Source of the DNA: a virus | Length of the DNA stretch: 14,777 nt | Reading direction: 5' to 3' (one strand) | IMG/VR virus record: IMGVR_UViG_3300021255_003692 | Shown: positions 1 to 8,528 of the stretch, piece by piece | How the letters are laid out: the number at the start of each line of letters is the position of its first letter | Position numbering within the stretch: position 1 is the first letter of the stretch | The notes under the pieces: generated by a model | Databases searched by the model: none | Told to the model about the DNA's origin: nothing | The model's input: the letters and a program-made list of their open reading frames with translations, nothing else | Position numbers and translations under genes: made by a program

Positions 1-107
1 TTAGTTACATAATGTTATAATTAGTTTACATAATTAGTTTACTAATAGTTAGAATTTTTTTCATCTTTTTTACTTTTTTCTATTGACAAATTATTCGTTT
101 TGGTATA
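1..107. repeat. Left inverted terminal repeat of a linear protein-primed genome
   Basis: Bases 1-107 (TTAGTTACATAATG...TTTTGGTATA) are the exact reverse complement of 14671-14777, read base by base; identity stops at position 108. Confidence 0.97.
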
Positions 108-109
108 AT
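83..109 (+). promoter_or_regulatory. Inward-facing sigma-A-like promoter in the left ITR
   Basis: TTGACA at 83-88 and TGGTATAAT (extended -10) with TATAAT at 104-109; the 15-nt spacer is short. It sits directly upstream of the first RBS/ORF at 149. Confidence 0.6.
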
Positions 110-148
110 ATGTATATATGAAATAAAATAGGAAGGAGGAAAACACAA

Positions 149-253
149 ATGAAAAAGTTATTACTATATATTTTTGCATATATTGGCCTAGAATTTATTA
201 CTTATAAAATAATGGTATATGTAGTATTAAATTGTATAACTACTATAAAATAA
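149..253 (+). CDS. Small hydrophobic peptide (34 aa), hypothetical
   Basis: ATG preceded by GGAAGGAGGAAAACACAA; reads MKKLLLYIFAYIGLEFITYKIMVYVVLNCITTIK*. Confidence 0.5.
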   Translation: MKKLLLYIFAYIGLEFITYKIMVYVVLNCITTIK

Positions 254-264
254 GGAGGTATAAA

Positions 265-405
265 ATGGATAGTTATGATTTAAAAGAATTAATTGACAAC
301 ATAAATGAAGACAATATAACTCATGTTTTTATTGAATGGGAGAATGAAGATTATCATAATGAGTTTCAATATCATAAAAGTCTAAAAATTAAGGAGGACA
401 AATAA
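265..405 (+). CDS. Small acidic protein (46 aa), hypothetical
   Basis: AGGAGG RBS before ATG; reads MDSYDLKELIDNINEDNITHVFIEWENEDYHNEFQYHKSLKIKEDK*. Confidence 0.5.
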   Translation: MDSYDLKELIDNINEDNITHVFIEWENEDYHNEFQYHKSLKIKEDK

Positions 406-406
406 A

Positions 407-601
407 ATGACAATTCAAAAATTTTCAAGACTTCCAGCATTAAGTCAAATTTGTACTTTATGCAACAAATATCTACAAGCAAAAGACATTGCAGAAAATA
501 ACTACATTGAAAGTTACAAAAAAAGACGTTATGTTTTAGCACATAAAACTTGTTATAATAATTATTTAAAATGGGTAAAGAATGGAGGTATAATGAAATG
601 A
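407..601 (+). CDS. Small CxxC-containing protein, hypothetical
   Basis: Upstream AAGGAGG; contains CTLCNKYL...HKTCY, a possible metal-binding arrangement. Confidence 0.6.
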   Translation: MTIQKFSRLPALSQICTLCNKYLQAKDIAENNYIESYKKRRYVLAHKTCYNNYLKWVKNGGIMK

Positions 602-1345
602 ACAAACAAGAATTTTTACAAAAAATATCAACTATTGTAGTAACAGAAAATAACAAAAGAGGTCGCCCCTTATTTCCTAGTGTAGTAATAGCACAAGCTA
701 TATGTGAAAGTGCATGGGGACAAAGTAGTATAATGATGAAAGCAAACGCAGTTTTTGGAATAAAATGTCGGTAGCAATTGGAAAGGCAAATTCTACAATG
801 CAAAGACTAAAGAGTGTTACGACGGAAAAACATACACAAATATATCTGCATACTTTAGAGCTTATGACTCACTAGAGGAAAGTGTAAAAGATTATTTTGA
901 TTTAATATGTAAAAGTTCCAGATACAGAAATGCATTAGTTGCTGAAACACCAAGGGCATGTATAACAGCAATAAAAAATGGCGGATATGCAACAAGTCCA
1001 AGTTATATAACAACAATAATGTCAATAATAAATAGCAACAATTTAACAAAATATGACAGTATGAAAATTGAAAACAAAATACATAGTGATTATATTGTAG
1101 GAAAAACATATACAACAAAAGTTGATTTGAATGTAAGAGTAGGACCTGGAACTAATAACAGAAAAAAAGATTTTGATGAATTAACATTCAACGCACAACA
1201 ACACTCATACAAAAGAACTGGAGTATTAAAAAAAGGTACAAAAGTAACTTGCCTAGATATAATTATAAATGACAATGAAATATGGTTTAAAATTCCAAGC
1301 GGTTATGTTTGTGCAAATTATAAAGGTAAGGTGTATATAAAATGA
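598..1345 (+). CDS. N-acetylglucosaminidase-type endolysin (FlgJ/LytG-like) with probable C-terminal SH3-like domain, interrupted by one +1 frameshift at CGG_T (769-772)
   Basis: RBS GGAGG at 584-588. N-part MNKQEFLQKISTIVVTENNKRGRPLFPSVVIAQAICESAWGQSS...VFGIKC, then C-skip, then GSNWKGKFYNAKTKECYDGKTYTNISAYFRAYDSLEESVKDYFDLICKS..., continuing into ORF 1019-1345 (KVDLNVRVGPGTNN... SH3-like). Total 248 aa if the C at 769 is skipped. Confidence 0.88.
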
Positions 1346-1986
1346 AAATATTAGTAGCATGTGAAGAAAGCCAAAGAGTTACAATTGAATTTAGAAATTT
1401 AGGGCATGAAGCTTATAGTTGTGATATAGATGAATATTCTGGAAATCATCCAGAATGGCATATAAAACAAGATGTATTACCTTTATTAAATGGAAATTGT
1501 GAATTTAAAACTTGTGATGAAGAATATCATAAAATTGTAGGCAAATGGGATATGATAATTGCTTTTCCTCCATGTACTCATCTCTGCAATTCTGGTCAAA
1601 GATGGTTTACAGAAGGAAAAAAAGATATGAAATTACAAAGAGAAGCAGTTTCTTTCTTTTATAAATTTGTTATGGCTGATTGTGAAAAAATAGCAATAGA
1701 AAATCCAGTAGGAGTAATGTCGTCTTATTATAGAAAACCAAATCAAATCATAAATCCGTATGAATTTGGTGAAACAGAATGTAAAAATACTTGTTTGTGG
1801 CTTAAAGGATTACCAAATTTAAAACCTACAAAGATAATTCCAAAAGAAGAACGAACAAACAATTTGTGGAAGGCAAATTTTAATGGCAAACAATATGCCT
1901 GGAACTCTCCAGAAGTTGCAAAATTAAGAAGCAAAACATTTATGGGAATTGCAAAAGCTATGGCTAACCAATGGGGAAATATATAA
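1342..1986 (+). CDS. Small cytosine-C5 DNA methyltransferase-like / SAM-dependent phage methyltransferase
   Basis: MKILVACEESQRVTIEFRNLGHEAYSCDI..., FPPCTHLC (PPC-type motif), IAIENPVGVM; resembles the short phage methyltransferase family. Confidence 0.75.
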   Translation: MKILVACEESQRVTIEFRNLGHEAYSCDIDEYSGNHPEWHIKQDVLPLLNGNCEFKTCDEEYHKIVGKWDMIIAFPPCTHLCNSGQRWFTEGKKDMKLQREAVSFFYKFVMADCEKIAIENPVGVMSSYYRKPNQIINPYEFGETECKNTCLWLKGLPNLKPTKIIPKEERTNNLWKANFNGKQYAWNSPEVAKLRSKTFMGIAKAMANQWGNI

Positions 1987-2003
1987 AATAGGAGGAAAAT
2001 AAA

Positions 2004-2288
2004 ATGGAAAAAAATATTGATTATTTAATAAAATTAGTAAAGGAAAAAGATGCACCAATAGAAAAATACACAAATTTAATTAGGACAAACCCTATTATAG
2101 AAGATAAAATTTTTATAAGTGCTTTAGAAAATAAAGAGGAAATAAAAGAAAAACTAAAAAATATTGCTATTGAGTCGTTAGAATTAACAAAAATGGTAGA
2201 AAAATCAAAATACAAAACATTTAAAGAATTATCAGCAGATGAACTTACTGAATGTATTATAGAAGTTATTGAAAAGAGGATAAAATGA
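2004..2288 (+). CDS. Hypothetical charged protein (94 aa)
   Basis: ATG preceded by TAGGAGGAAAATAAA; intact ORF overlapping the next start. Confidence 0.6.
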   Translation: MEKNIDYLIKLVKEKDAPIEKYTNLIRTNPIIEDKIFISALENKEEIKEKLKNIAIESLELTKMVEKSKYKTFKELSADELTECIIEVIEKRIK

Positions 2289-2521
2289 GTATAAATAAAA
2301 TAATACATATTTATAGAGATGGTGAAAGATTATGCGACATAGCAAAAAATTATGATACTACGCCACATAAAATTTTAGTAGATAGTAAAATAACAAGTAT
2401 TGAAATGATGTCAGATTATACACCACTTATTATAAACATAGACACAAAATGCACAGAAAAAGAACAGATATATTGTAATGAAGAAAAGAGGGGATGTCAT
2501 GGCTGTTACTATTTCAAATAG
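2285..2521 (+). CDS. Hypothetical protein with weak LysM-like N-terminus and Cys-rich C-terminus
   Basis: IIHIYRDGERLCDIAKNYDTTPHKILVDSKI resembles a LysM half-motif; C-terminus CNEEKRGCHGCYYFK. Translationally coupled to the preceding ORF. Confidence 0.5.
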   Translation: MSINKIIHIYRDGERLCDIAKNYDTTPHKILVDSKITSIEMMSDYTPLIINIDTKCTEKEQIYCNEEKRGCHGCYYFK

Positions 2522-3062
2522 TCCAGTACATAGTGATGCTATAATTTCATATCCGTATGGAGTAACAGACAGTGGTTATTCATGTGGTTGGCATACTGGA
2601 GTTGATATAATACCTTATGGAGATACAGAAAATAACCCATGGTTGTATCCAGTTTTTGATGGTGAAATTGTAGTCGTAAATACAAATGCAAATAATGCGT
2701 TAGGTATTTACATTTTAATAAAAGATACACAAAATAGATATTGGAGATATTGTCACCTTATGACTGGAACAGTACAGGTAGTAGTAGGTCAGCAAGTTAC
2801 AACCGCTACACAATTAGCACGAATGGATAGTACTGGAAATGTAACTGGACGACATTTACATCTTGAATGTTCGACAACTCAAAGCTGGCAATGTTCTACA
2901 TTTCTAAACCCATGTACAATTTTAGGAATACCAAATGTAGATAATACAGTAATACATTATGATGGAAGTGTACCACCAGAGCCACCTACACCAACTGGAG
3001 AAACTAAAAAAAGAAAATTTCCATGGGTACTTTATGCAAACAAATTTAGAAAAAGGAATTGA
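2499..3062 (+). CDS. M23-family peptidoglycan endopeptidase (virion-associated / tail-tip-like hydrolase)
   Basis: GWHTGVDIIPYG (HxxxD), YCHLMTGTVQVVVGQQV, TGNVTGRHLHLE (HxH). Start chosen at MAVTISNS, inside ORF 2478-3062, with AGAGGGG upstream. Confidence 0.85.
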   Translation: MAVTISNSPVHSDAIISYPYGVTDSGYSCGWHTGVDIIPYGDTENNPWLYPVFDGEIVVVNTNANNALGIYILIKDTQNRYWRYCHLMTGTVQVVVGQQVTTATQLARMDSTGNVTGRHLHLECSTTQSWQCSTFLNPCTILGIPNVDNTVIHYDGSVPPEPPTPTGETKKRKFPWVLYANKFRKRN

Positions 3063-3141
3063 CAAAAATTTAAAAATATGATATATAAATATATAGTGAT
3101 GCAAAATTTCAATGTTTTCCTGCTCCTATATTTATATAACT

Positions 3142-3170
3142 AAAAGAGTAATTGTAAAATTACTCTTTTT
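3142..3170 (+). terminator. Rho-independent terminator
   Basis: AAAAGAGTAATT-GTAA-AATTACTCTTTTT hairpin with U-tract. Confidence 0.85.
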
Positions 3171-3173
3171 ATA

Positions 3174-3202
3174 TTGACAAATTTTACCAATTATGGTATA
3201 TA
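3174..3202 (+). promoter_or_regulatory. Promoter for the structural operon
   Basis: TTGACA (3174-3179), 17-nt spacer, extended -10 TGGTATATA (TATATA 3197-3202); lies just after a terminator and before the RBS/ORF at 3240. Confidence 0.75.
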
Positions 3203-3239
3203 TAAATTAAAGTTTACATAAGAAAGTGAGGTAATATAA

Positions 3240-3410
3240 ATGCAAGATATTATCCAATTACTTACCAATAATGGAATAGGAATTGTCTGTGTTGCTTATT
3301 TAATATACTTTCAAAGTACTACAATGAAGTCAATGGAAAGTATTTTAAATGCAATTGACAAAAGACTTTCTGTTATTGAGGACAAACTAGAAAGAAAGGA
3401 AGTGAACTAG
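3240..3410 (+). CDS. YvrJ/BhlA-like small membrane protein, candidate holin (56 aa)
   Basis: MQDIIQLLTNNGIGIVCVAYLIYFQSTTMKSMESILNAIDKRLSVIEDKLERKEVN*: one TM segment followed by a coiled amphipathic tail; GTGAGG upstream. Confidence 0.6.
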   Translation: MQDIIQLLTNNGIGIVCVAYLIYFQSTTMKSMESILNAIDKRLSVIEDKLERKEVN

Positions 3411-3411
3411 T

Positions 3412-3699
3412 ATGAAGTTAAGCAAAGAAGAATTATCAGCAAAAATCAACGACCTTGATATTGACGAGGAAATAAAAGTTTCACTTATGGAAGACATTGC
3501 AGACAGTATTGAGGGCGGTGTTGAAACAGAAGACAATGGAGAATTAGAGGAATTAAAAATCAAATATGAGTCATTAAGAGAAAAATACAAAGAAAGATTT
3601 TTAAAAGGCAATGATGAAACAGAAGAAAAAGAAGATGAAGAAAAAGAAGACGATGATGAACTAAAAGAAGAAGAAGTCATCGATGTAAAAGAAATTTAA
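3412..3699 (+). CDS. Head scaffolding-like protein (gp7-like position and size)
   Basis: 95 aa, highly charged and helical (KEEVIDVKEI C-term), immediately upstream of the major capsid gene. Confidence 0.6.
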   Translation: MKLSKEELSAKINDLDIDEEIKVSLMEDIADSIEGGVETEDNGELEELKIKYESLREKYKERFLKGNDETEEKEDEEKEDDDELKEEEVIDVKEI

Positions 3700-3718
3700 T
3701 TTTTAGGAGGTAATAAAA

Positions 3719-5146
3719 ATGGCAAAAAAATCAGTTTCACAAGGTAATTTGAATGTAACAAATAGTGCTGAACTATTAAGTTATGTTATAAATCAAACAC
3801 CAGAATTAAGAGAAAATTTAAAACTTCCAGTTCAAGGTGAGTCAATAAAAGGAATTGGAAAAATAATTATGAAAAACCCAGTTTATAAAAACGCATTTTT
3901 AAATACAATGAATATTATAGGTTTAACAGTAATAACTAGAAATCACTGGGAAAACCCATGGAAAAAGTTTACTGATAAAGGTGAATTATCATGGGGACAA
4001 CAAGTAAGAGAAATAATTGTAGATATCGCAAATGTTTATGATTATAATGAATATGTAAATAGACCACATGACTTCATTAATACAGAAGTTCCAAATGTAC
4101 TTTCATATTTACATGAAATAAATTATCAAAAATTTTATAAAACAACAACAAGTGATGAACAAATGGCCATGGCCTTTGAAAGAGAAGACTTATTCATGTT
4201 AGTTGATGAAATAGTCAACTCTTTATATGAGGGATATGAATATGACACATATCTAGTAAACAAATACATGTTAGCAAGACGTATTTTAGACGGAACAGTA
4301 ACAGCTATACAGATACCAGATTTAGAAAACTTAAGCGATAGAGATGTAGTTGCATTTATAAAAGGATATTCAAATGATATGACATTTAGAAGTCCAAAAT
4401 TCAACCCAGCAGGAATAAGAAAAGCAACAGCATTTGAAGACCAATTTGCAATTGTATCTACAAAATTTGATGCAAAATTTACAACTAATGTACTAGCAAC
4501 TTCATATTTTAGAAGTGATGCTGAAATGAAAGCAAATATGGAACTAACAGATGGCTTTGGAAATTTTGACATGCCACGTTTAGCAGAAATATTCGCAAAA
4601 AGAGATGACCAAGGTAATGTTATAGAGGGCGAATATGTAGATGGATATGTTCCATTGACTCAAGATGAAATGACAGCTTTACAAGAAATACCATGTGTAA
4701 TAGTTGGAATTGACTTTTTCCAAGATAGATATTATGGAATGGATAACAATGCACCTACAAGAAAAACTGAATTTTTCAACCCACAGACGTTACGTACAAA
4801 TCATTGGTTACATAACTGGGGTAGTGTATCAACAAGCCCATTTGAAAATTCGGTGTGCTTTACTGTAACAGCTCAAGGTGTTACAAGTGTAAGTGTAAGT
4901 CCATCAACAGCAACAGTTACAAAAGGACAAAGTTTACAATTATCAGCAACAGTTGTTACAACTGGTTTTGCAAATAAAGCAGTTTACTGGACAGTCGATG
5001 CTGATAGTTATGCAGATGGTGTAAGAATTGCAGATGATGGAGAATTAATTATTCCAGCAGATGCAACAGTTGAAAGTGTAACAGTTACAGCTACATCAAT
5101 TTATGATAATACTAAAAAAGGAACAGCAACAATTACAGTTGCATAA
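3719..5146 (+). CDS. Major capsid protein with C-terminal Ig-like (BIG2) domain
   Basis: 475 aa, TAGGAGG RBS. C-terminus VTSVSVSPSTATVTKGQSLQLSATV...VTVTATSIYDNTKKGTATITVA is a canonical BIG2 pattern, as in phi29 gp8. Confidence 0.87.
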   Translation: MAKKSVSQGNLNVTNSAELLSYVINQTPELRENLKLPVQGESIKGIGKIIMKNPVYKNAFLNTMNIIGLTVITRNHWENPWKKFTDKGELSWGQQVREIIVDIANVYDYNEYVNRPHDFINTEVPNVLSYLHEINYQKFYKTTTSDEQMAMAFEREDLFMLVDEIVNSLYEGYEYDTYLVNKYMLARRILDGTVTAIQIPDLENLSDRDVVAFIKGYSNDMTFRSPKFNPAGIRKATAFEDQFAIVSTKFDAKFTTNVLATSYFRSDAEMKANMELTDGFGNFDMPRLAEIFAKRDDQGNVIEGEYVDGYVPLTQDEMTALQEIPCVIVGIDFFQDRYYGMDNNAPTRKTEFFNPQTLRTNHWLHNWGSVSTSPFENSVCFTVTAQGVTSVSVSPSTATVTKGQSLQLSATVVTTGFANKAVYWTVDADSYADGVRIADDGELIIPADATVESVTVTATSIYDNTKKGTATITVA

Positions 5147-5157
5147 CCTATACTAAA

Positions 5158-5192
5158 AAGGTGCAACACTTAAAAGTTGCACCTTATTTTTA
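5158..5192 (+). terminator. Hairpin terminator/attenuator after the capsid gene
   Basis: AAGGTGCAAC-ACTTAAAA-GTTGCACCTT followed by ATTTTT. Confidence 0.8.
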
Positions 5193-5209
5193 AAGAAAGG
5201 AGAAAAGAT

Positions 5210-6088
5210 ATGCAACGTAAAACAGTAAATAGTCAACTCTGTAATTTCAAAACTTATGAAATGTATAAAAGACAAATGCTGACTTTAGCAGAAAATGTCT
5301 TTGAATTTGAAAATTTACCAGAATACATTGACACAGCTTTTTTAAATAAAAAGTTGTTACGTACTGGAAGTATTGCATTTTTCAAAGATGAAGTACTAGG
5401 AGTCATTGCACTACCTTATACAGTTCTAGGAAATTTAGATATATATGGAAGACCACAAAAAATTATAGTAACTGCACCTAATGGAAGTTATAGACGTACT
5501 CTAAAATATGGTGAATTTGTAATAATGTATGATAATAATGGCCGTTATCCTATATATTTAGATATTTTACAATATGCAGAAAGACTTGCCATGTTTCAAA
5601 GAGTTATGGACATTAATATTGCACAACAAAAGACTCCAAGATTTTGGAAGACTAAAACAGAAAAAGAAAAGTCAGTCAGAGACATGGTAAATAATGTTGA
5701 TAGTTTTGAAAATATAGTACTTACTTATGATGATATTGATTTGAACGACACAACTTTAGTAATGGAACCAGCTCCATACATAAGTGATAAAGTAGATTTA
5801 AATAAAGATAAAATATATAATGAATTTTTACGACTTATTGGTATAGCAAATTTATCTTTCCAAAAGAAAGAACGTAATATAAAAGACGAAGTACAAGCAA
5901 TGCAAGGTGGTACAATAGCAAGTCGTTTTTCAAGATTTGAACCTAGACAAAAAGCAGTAAAACAAATCAATGAAAAATTCGGTATTGATATGAAAGTAAA
6001 ATATTATGATGGAATACCAAACAGTATGAAAAATTTTGAAGATGAACAAGAAGAAATGGAGGTTGGTAGTGATGATTTATCCGTATGA
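5210..6088 (+). CDS. Upper collar / portal (connector) protein, phi29 gp10-like
   Basis: AAAGGAG RBS before MQRKTVNSQLCNFKTYEMYKRQMLTLAENVFEFENLPEYIDTAFLNKKLLRTGSIAFFKDE...; position after the capsid gene. Confidence 0.8.
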   Translation: MQRKTVNSQLCNFKTYEMYKRQMLTLAENVFEFENLPEYIDTAFLNKKLLRTGSIAFFKDEVLGVIALPYTVLGNLDIYGRPQKIIVTAPNGSYRRTLKYGEFVIMYDNNGRYPIYLDILQYAERLAMFQRVMDINIAQQKTPRFWKTKTEKEKSVRDMVNNVDSFENIVLTYDDIDLNDTTLVMEPAPYISDKVDLNKDKIYNEFLRLIGIANLSFQKKERNIKDEVQAMQGGTIASRFSRFEPRQKAVKQINEKFGIDMKVKYYDGIPNSMKNFEDEQEEMEVGSDDLSV

Positions 6089-6821
6089 GTATTATGGTTT
6101 ATTTTACCCTAGAATTCCAGTAGCAGACATGCGACCTCCAACACTTTATAGTATTTTAGAAAGTGTTGTAAATTATGAAAAAGAAGTCCCTACTAAAATA
6201 AACAATTTGGCAAAAGAGGGTAGAGGAAAAATATTTGACTTTGATTATCCATTAACAACAAATATTACAAAAGAAGAATTTGAATGTATGATATTAAATC
6301 ATTTCCTTATGCGTAGAATTGGTTTTGAAACAGTACTTTCATTTAAAATACAATTAAATGTAAAACTTAATGAGATAATGCCAATGTTCAACAAATTATT
6401 TGATTTAATTTACGATGAAAATGGTTTTGGTGAAATTACAAAAAGAAAAGGTTTTGACAATAGAGTTGTTGATAATACATCTAATACAACAAATGAAATG
6501 ACAAATGTTTCAAACACAAATCATCAAAATATTAGTGATAGACGTGGAAGTGATACACCACAAAATGAATTAGATAATATAAGGCAAGGAAAATATGTCA
6601 CTGAATATCATTATGATACAGATAATTCAAGTAGTGAAGATACATCAACATCAAATGGAACAAGTCAAAATAAAACTAATACAAAAGACAATAATAATTA
6701 TGAAGAAAATATCAGCAAAACAAATATGCTGGAAGTTTTTTCAAAATTAAATGAAGAAATAAAAAATGTTTATTCAATGATATTTAAAGAACTTGACTGT
6801 CTTTTTTATCAATTGGTATAA
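6072..6821 (+). CDS. Lower collar protein, phi29 gp11-like
   Basis: MIYPYEYYGLFYPRIPVADMRPPTLYSILES...; GGAGG upstream, overlapping the end of the connector gene; Asn/Thr-rich middle. Confidence 0.7.
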   Translation: MIYPYEYYGLFYPRIPVADMRPPTLYSILESVVNYEKEVPTKINNLAKEGRGKIFDFDYPLTTNITKEEFECMILNHFLMRRIGFETVLSFKIQLNVKLNEIMPMFNKLFDLIYDENGFGEITKRKGFDNRVVDNTSNTTNEMTNVSNTNHQNISDRRGSDTPQNELDNIRQGKYVTEYHYDTDNSSSEDTSTSNGTSQNKTNTKDNNNYEENISKTNMLEVFSKLNEEIKNVYSMIFKELDCLFYQLV

Positions 6822-6832
6822 GGAGGTAAAAA

Positions 6833-7105
6833 ATGAACAATAAAAAGAATTTAAAACCTATACATTTAGGAGTTATTCAAGAGTTTCCATTTATAGATGC
6901 AACTTTTGATGATATTACATATATACAAATTTTGAGTAAACTAGGAAATAAAACAAATGAAGTTATACGTTTTATAAATAATGTTCTTGAAGATAAACTT
7001 GTAGAATATATTGACAGAAGATTTAATGATATCTTATTAGATAGTATGTATGAAGAAGAAACTGAAACATTAGTTTTATATCTTACGCATGAAAGTGAGG
7101 GGTAA
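6833..7105 (+). CDS. Hypothetical structural-module protein (90 aa)
   Basis: AGGAGG RBS; MNNKKNLKPIHLGVIQEFPFIDATFDDITYIQILSKLGNKTNEV... Confidence 0.6.
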   Translation: MNNKKNLKPIHLGVIQEFPFIDATFDDITYIQILSKLGNKTNEVIRFINNVLEDKLVEYIDRRFNDILLDSMYEEETETLVLYLTHESEG

Positions 7106-7108
7106 CAA

Positions 7109-7408
7109 ATGGCTGATATTTCAAATTTAAAAATAGGTACAAATACCTATGCAATAAAAGATACACAAGCAAGACAAAGTGCAACAAATGCACTTAATAC
7201 TGCAAATAGTGCAGATGCAAAAGCTGACCAAGCAATTTTAGATAGTGCAACAGCTCAAAGCACAGCAAATACAGCAAACACAACAGCAAATAATGCTTTA
7301 AGTAGTGCAACAAATGCAAATACTAAAATTGATGGAACAAATTTAATAGGTACTTATACAAGTGGAACTGAAACATTGGAAATTTCACTTGAAATAGGTT
7401 CAGTATAG
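7109..7408 (+). CDS. Fibre-like protein with Ala/Thr/Asn-rich coiled region
   Basis: MADISNLKIGTNTYAIKDTQARQSATNALNTANSADAKADQ...; N-terminus shared with the next ORF. Confidence 0.65.
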   Translation: MADISNLKIGTNTYAIKDTQARQSATNALNTANSADAKADQAILDSATAQSTANTANTTANNALSSATNANTKIDGTNLIGTYTSGTETLEISLEIGSV

Positions 7409-7422
7409 AAAGGAGATAAATT

Positions 7423-8499
7423 ATGGCTGATATTTCAAAAATTCGTTTAGAAAATGAAACTTATAATATTAAAGATGAAACGGCTAGAAATAATATTGCA
7501 TTATTGAATAGATTATTAAATAAAAAAATTGTTATAATTGGTGATAGTTATTCAGTCACAGACAACCAACCATCACAATGGATTAATAAATTTCAAGAAT
7601 TAACAGGTATATCTAATATTATAACAAATGCAAAAGGTGGTGTCGGTTTTTGTAACGTAGTTGACGGAACAAATTTCAACATACTTTTAAATAATGTTGC
7701 AAGCTCTGATGATGTGACAGATATTATTTGTGTTGGAGGTTATAATGATAGTGGTTACTCACAAGGAGATATTGAATACGCAATAAACTTATTTTGTCAA
7801 ACTGCAAAATCAAAATTTCCAAATGCAAAAATTTATATTGGTATGGTTGCGTGGTGTTTTAACTATTCAAATACTTATAACATTGCAAATAAAGTTTTGA
7901 CAGCTTATCAAAATTGCAAAAAATATGGTGCAATATATTTAAATGGTGTAGAAAATATTTTACACGATACATCTTTATTACAAAGTGATAATTTCCACCC
8001 TACACTTACAGACGGAATGAATGAACTAGGTTATGGAATTTTTCAAGCTTGGAATAATGGTTATTGTGAAATTAGCAGAGGTTATAAAGATTTGCCATGT
8101 GCTACAAATAGTTCTGTATTTCGCTCAACTTTTCCTAATCCTGCAAATAAAATTATTAATGGTAATACTTTAATTATTCAACAGAGTAATGCTTATATGA
8201 CGTTGGAAAATCCTATAAATAATTTACAATTAAATAATGCAACTATAAAACTTTGTGATATACAAAAAGGTGGTTATATTTCAACCAATAATTATGCTTT
8301 AATTCAAATTCCTGTATCACTTCACTTACAAGATACAAATGAATATTGGCATAATTATTTTGGACATTTAGTATTAATAAATAATGAAATAAGAATTGCT
8401 ATAAATGCAACGGATAGTAATGCAGGATACAAAACAATAAATTTAAAAGCAATAATAATTGATAAATTTACTGCTAATATTCCAACTTCATTTATATAA
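7423..8499 (+). CDS. Appendage/receptor-binding protein with SGNH/GDSL-hydrolase domain
   Basis: KIVIIGDSYSVTD (GDS block), ICVGGYNDSGYSQ (GxND block), QSDNFHPTLTDGMNELGYGI (DxxHP block). Confidence 0.82.
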   Translation: MADISKIRLENETYNIKDETARNNIALLNRLLNKKIVIIGDSYSVTDNQPSQWINKFQELTGISNIITNAKGGVGFCNVVDGTNFNILLNNVASSDDVTDIICVGGYNDSGYSQGDIEYAINLFCQTAKSKFPNAKIYIGMVAWCFNYSNTYNIANKVLTAYQNCKKYGAIYLNGVENILHDTSLLQSDNFHPTLTDGMNELGYGIFQAWNNGYCEISRGYKDLPCATNSSVFRSTFPNPANKIINGNTLIIQQSNAYMTLENPINNLQLNNATIKLCDIQKGGYISTNNYALIQIPVSLHLQDTNEYWHNYFGHLVLINNEIRIAINATDSNAGYKTINLKAIIIDKFTANIPTSFI

Positions 8500-8525
8500 A
8501 AAAGAGTGCAAATGCACTCTTTTTT
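8498..8525. terminator. Bidirectional terminator between convergent operons
   Basis: AAAAAAGAGTGCA-AA-TGCACTCTTTTTT, near-perfect 13-bp arms, A-tract and T-tract on both sides, between stops at 8499 (+) and 8529 (-). Confidence 0.92.
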
Positions 8526-8528
8526 ATT

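Noticed and set aside
571-774. ORF 571-774 as an independent small gene starting MGKEWRYNE
   Set aside because: The RBS at 584-588 fits the ATG at 598, and the sequence is the N-terminal half of the glucosaminidase continuing after the +1 site.
372-803. Antisense ORFs (372-803 -, 855-1118 -, 1743-1934 -, 2021-2308 -, 3387-3680 -, 4135-4572 -, 11887-12162 +, 11949-12314 +, 9014-9208 +, 10001-10201 + and others)
   Set aside because: Low-complexity Leu/Ile/Ser/Phe-rich translations opposite convincing genes, without RBS support; expected by-products of AT-rich coding sequence.
1019-1345. ORF 1019-1345 as an independent gene
   Set aside because: No RBS before 1019, and the same frame is open and homologous-looking back to 770; it is the C-terminal part of the lysin.
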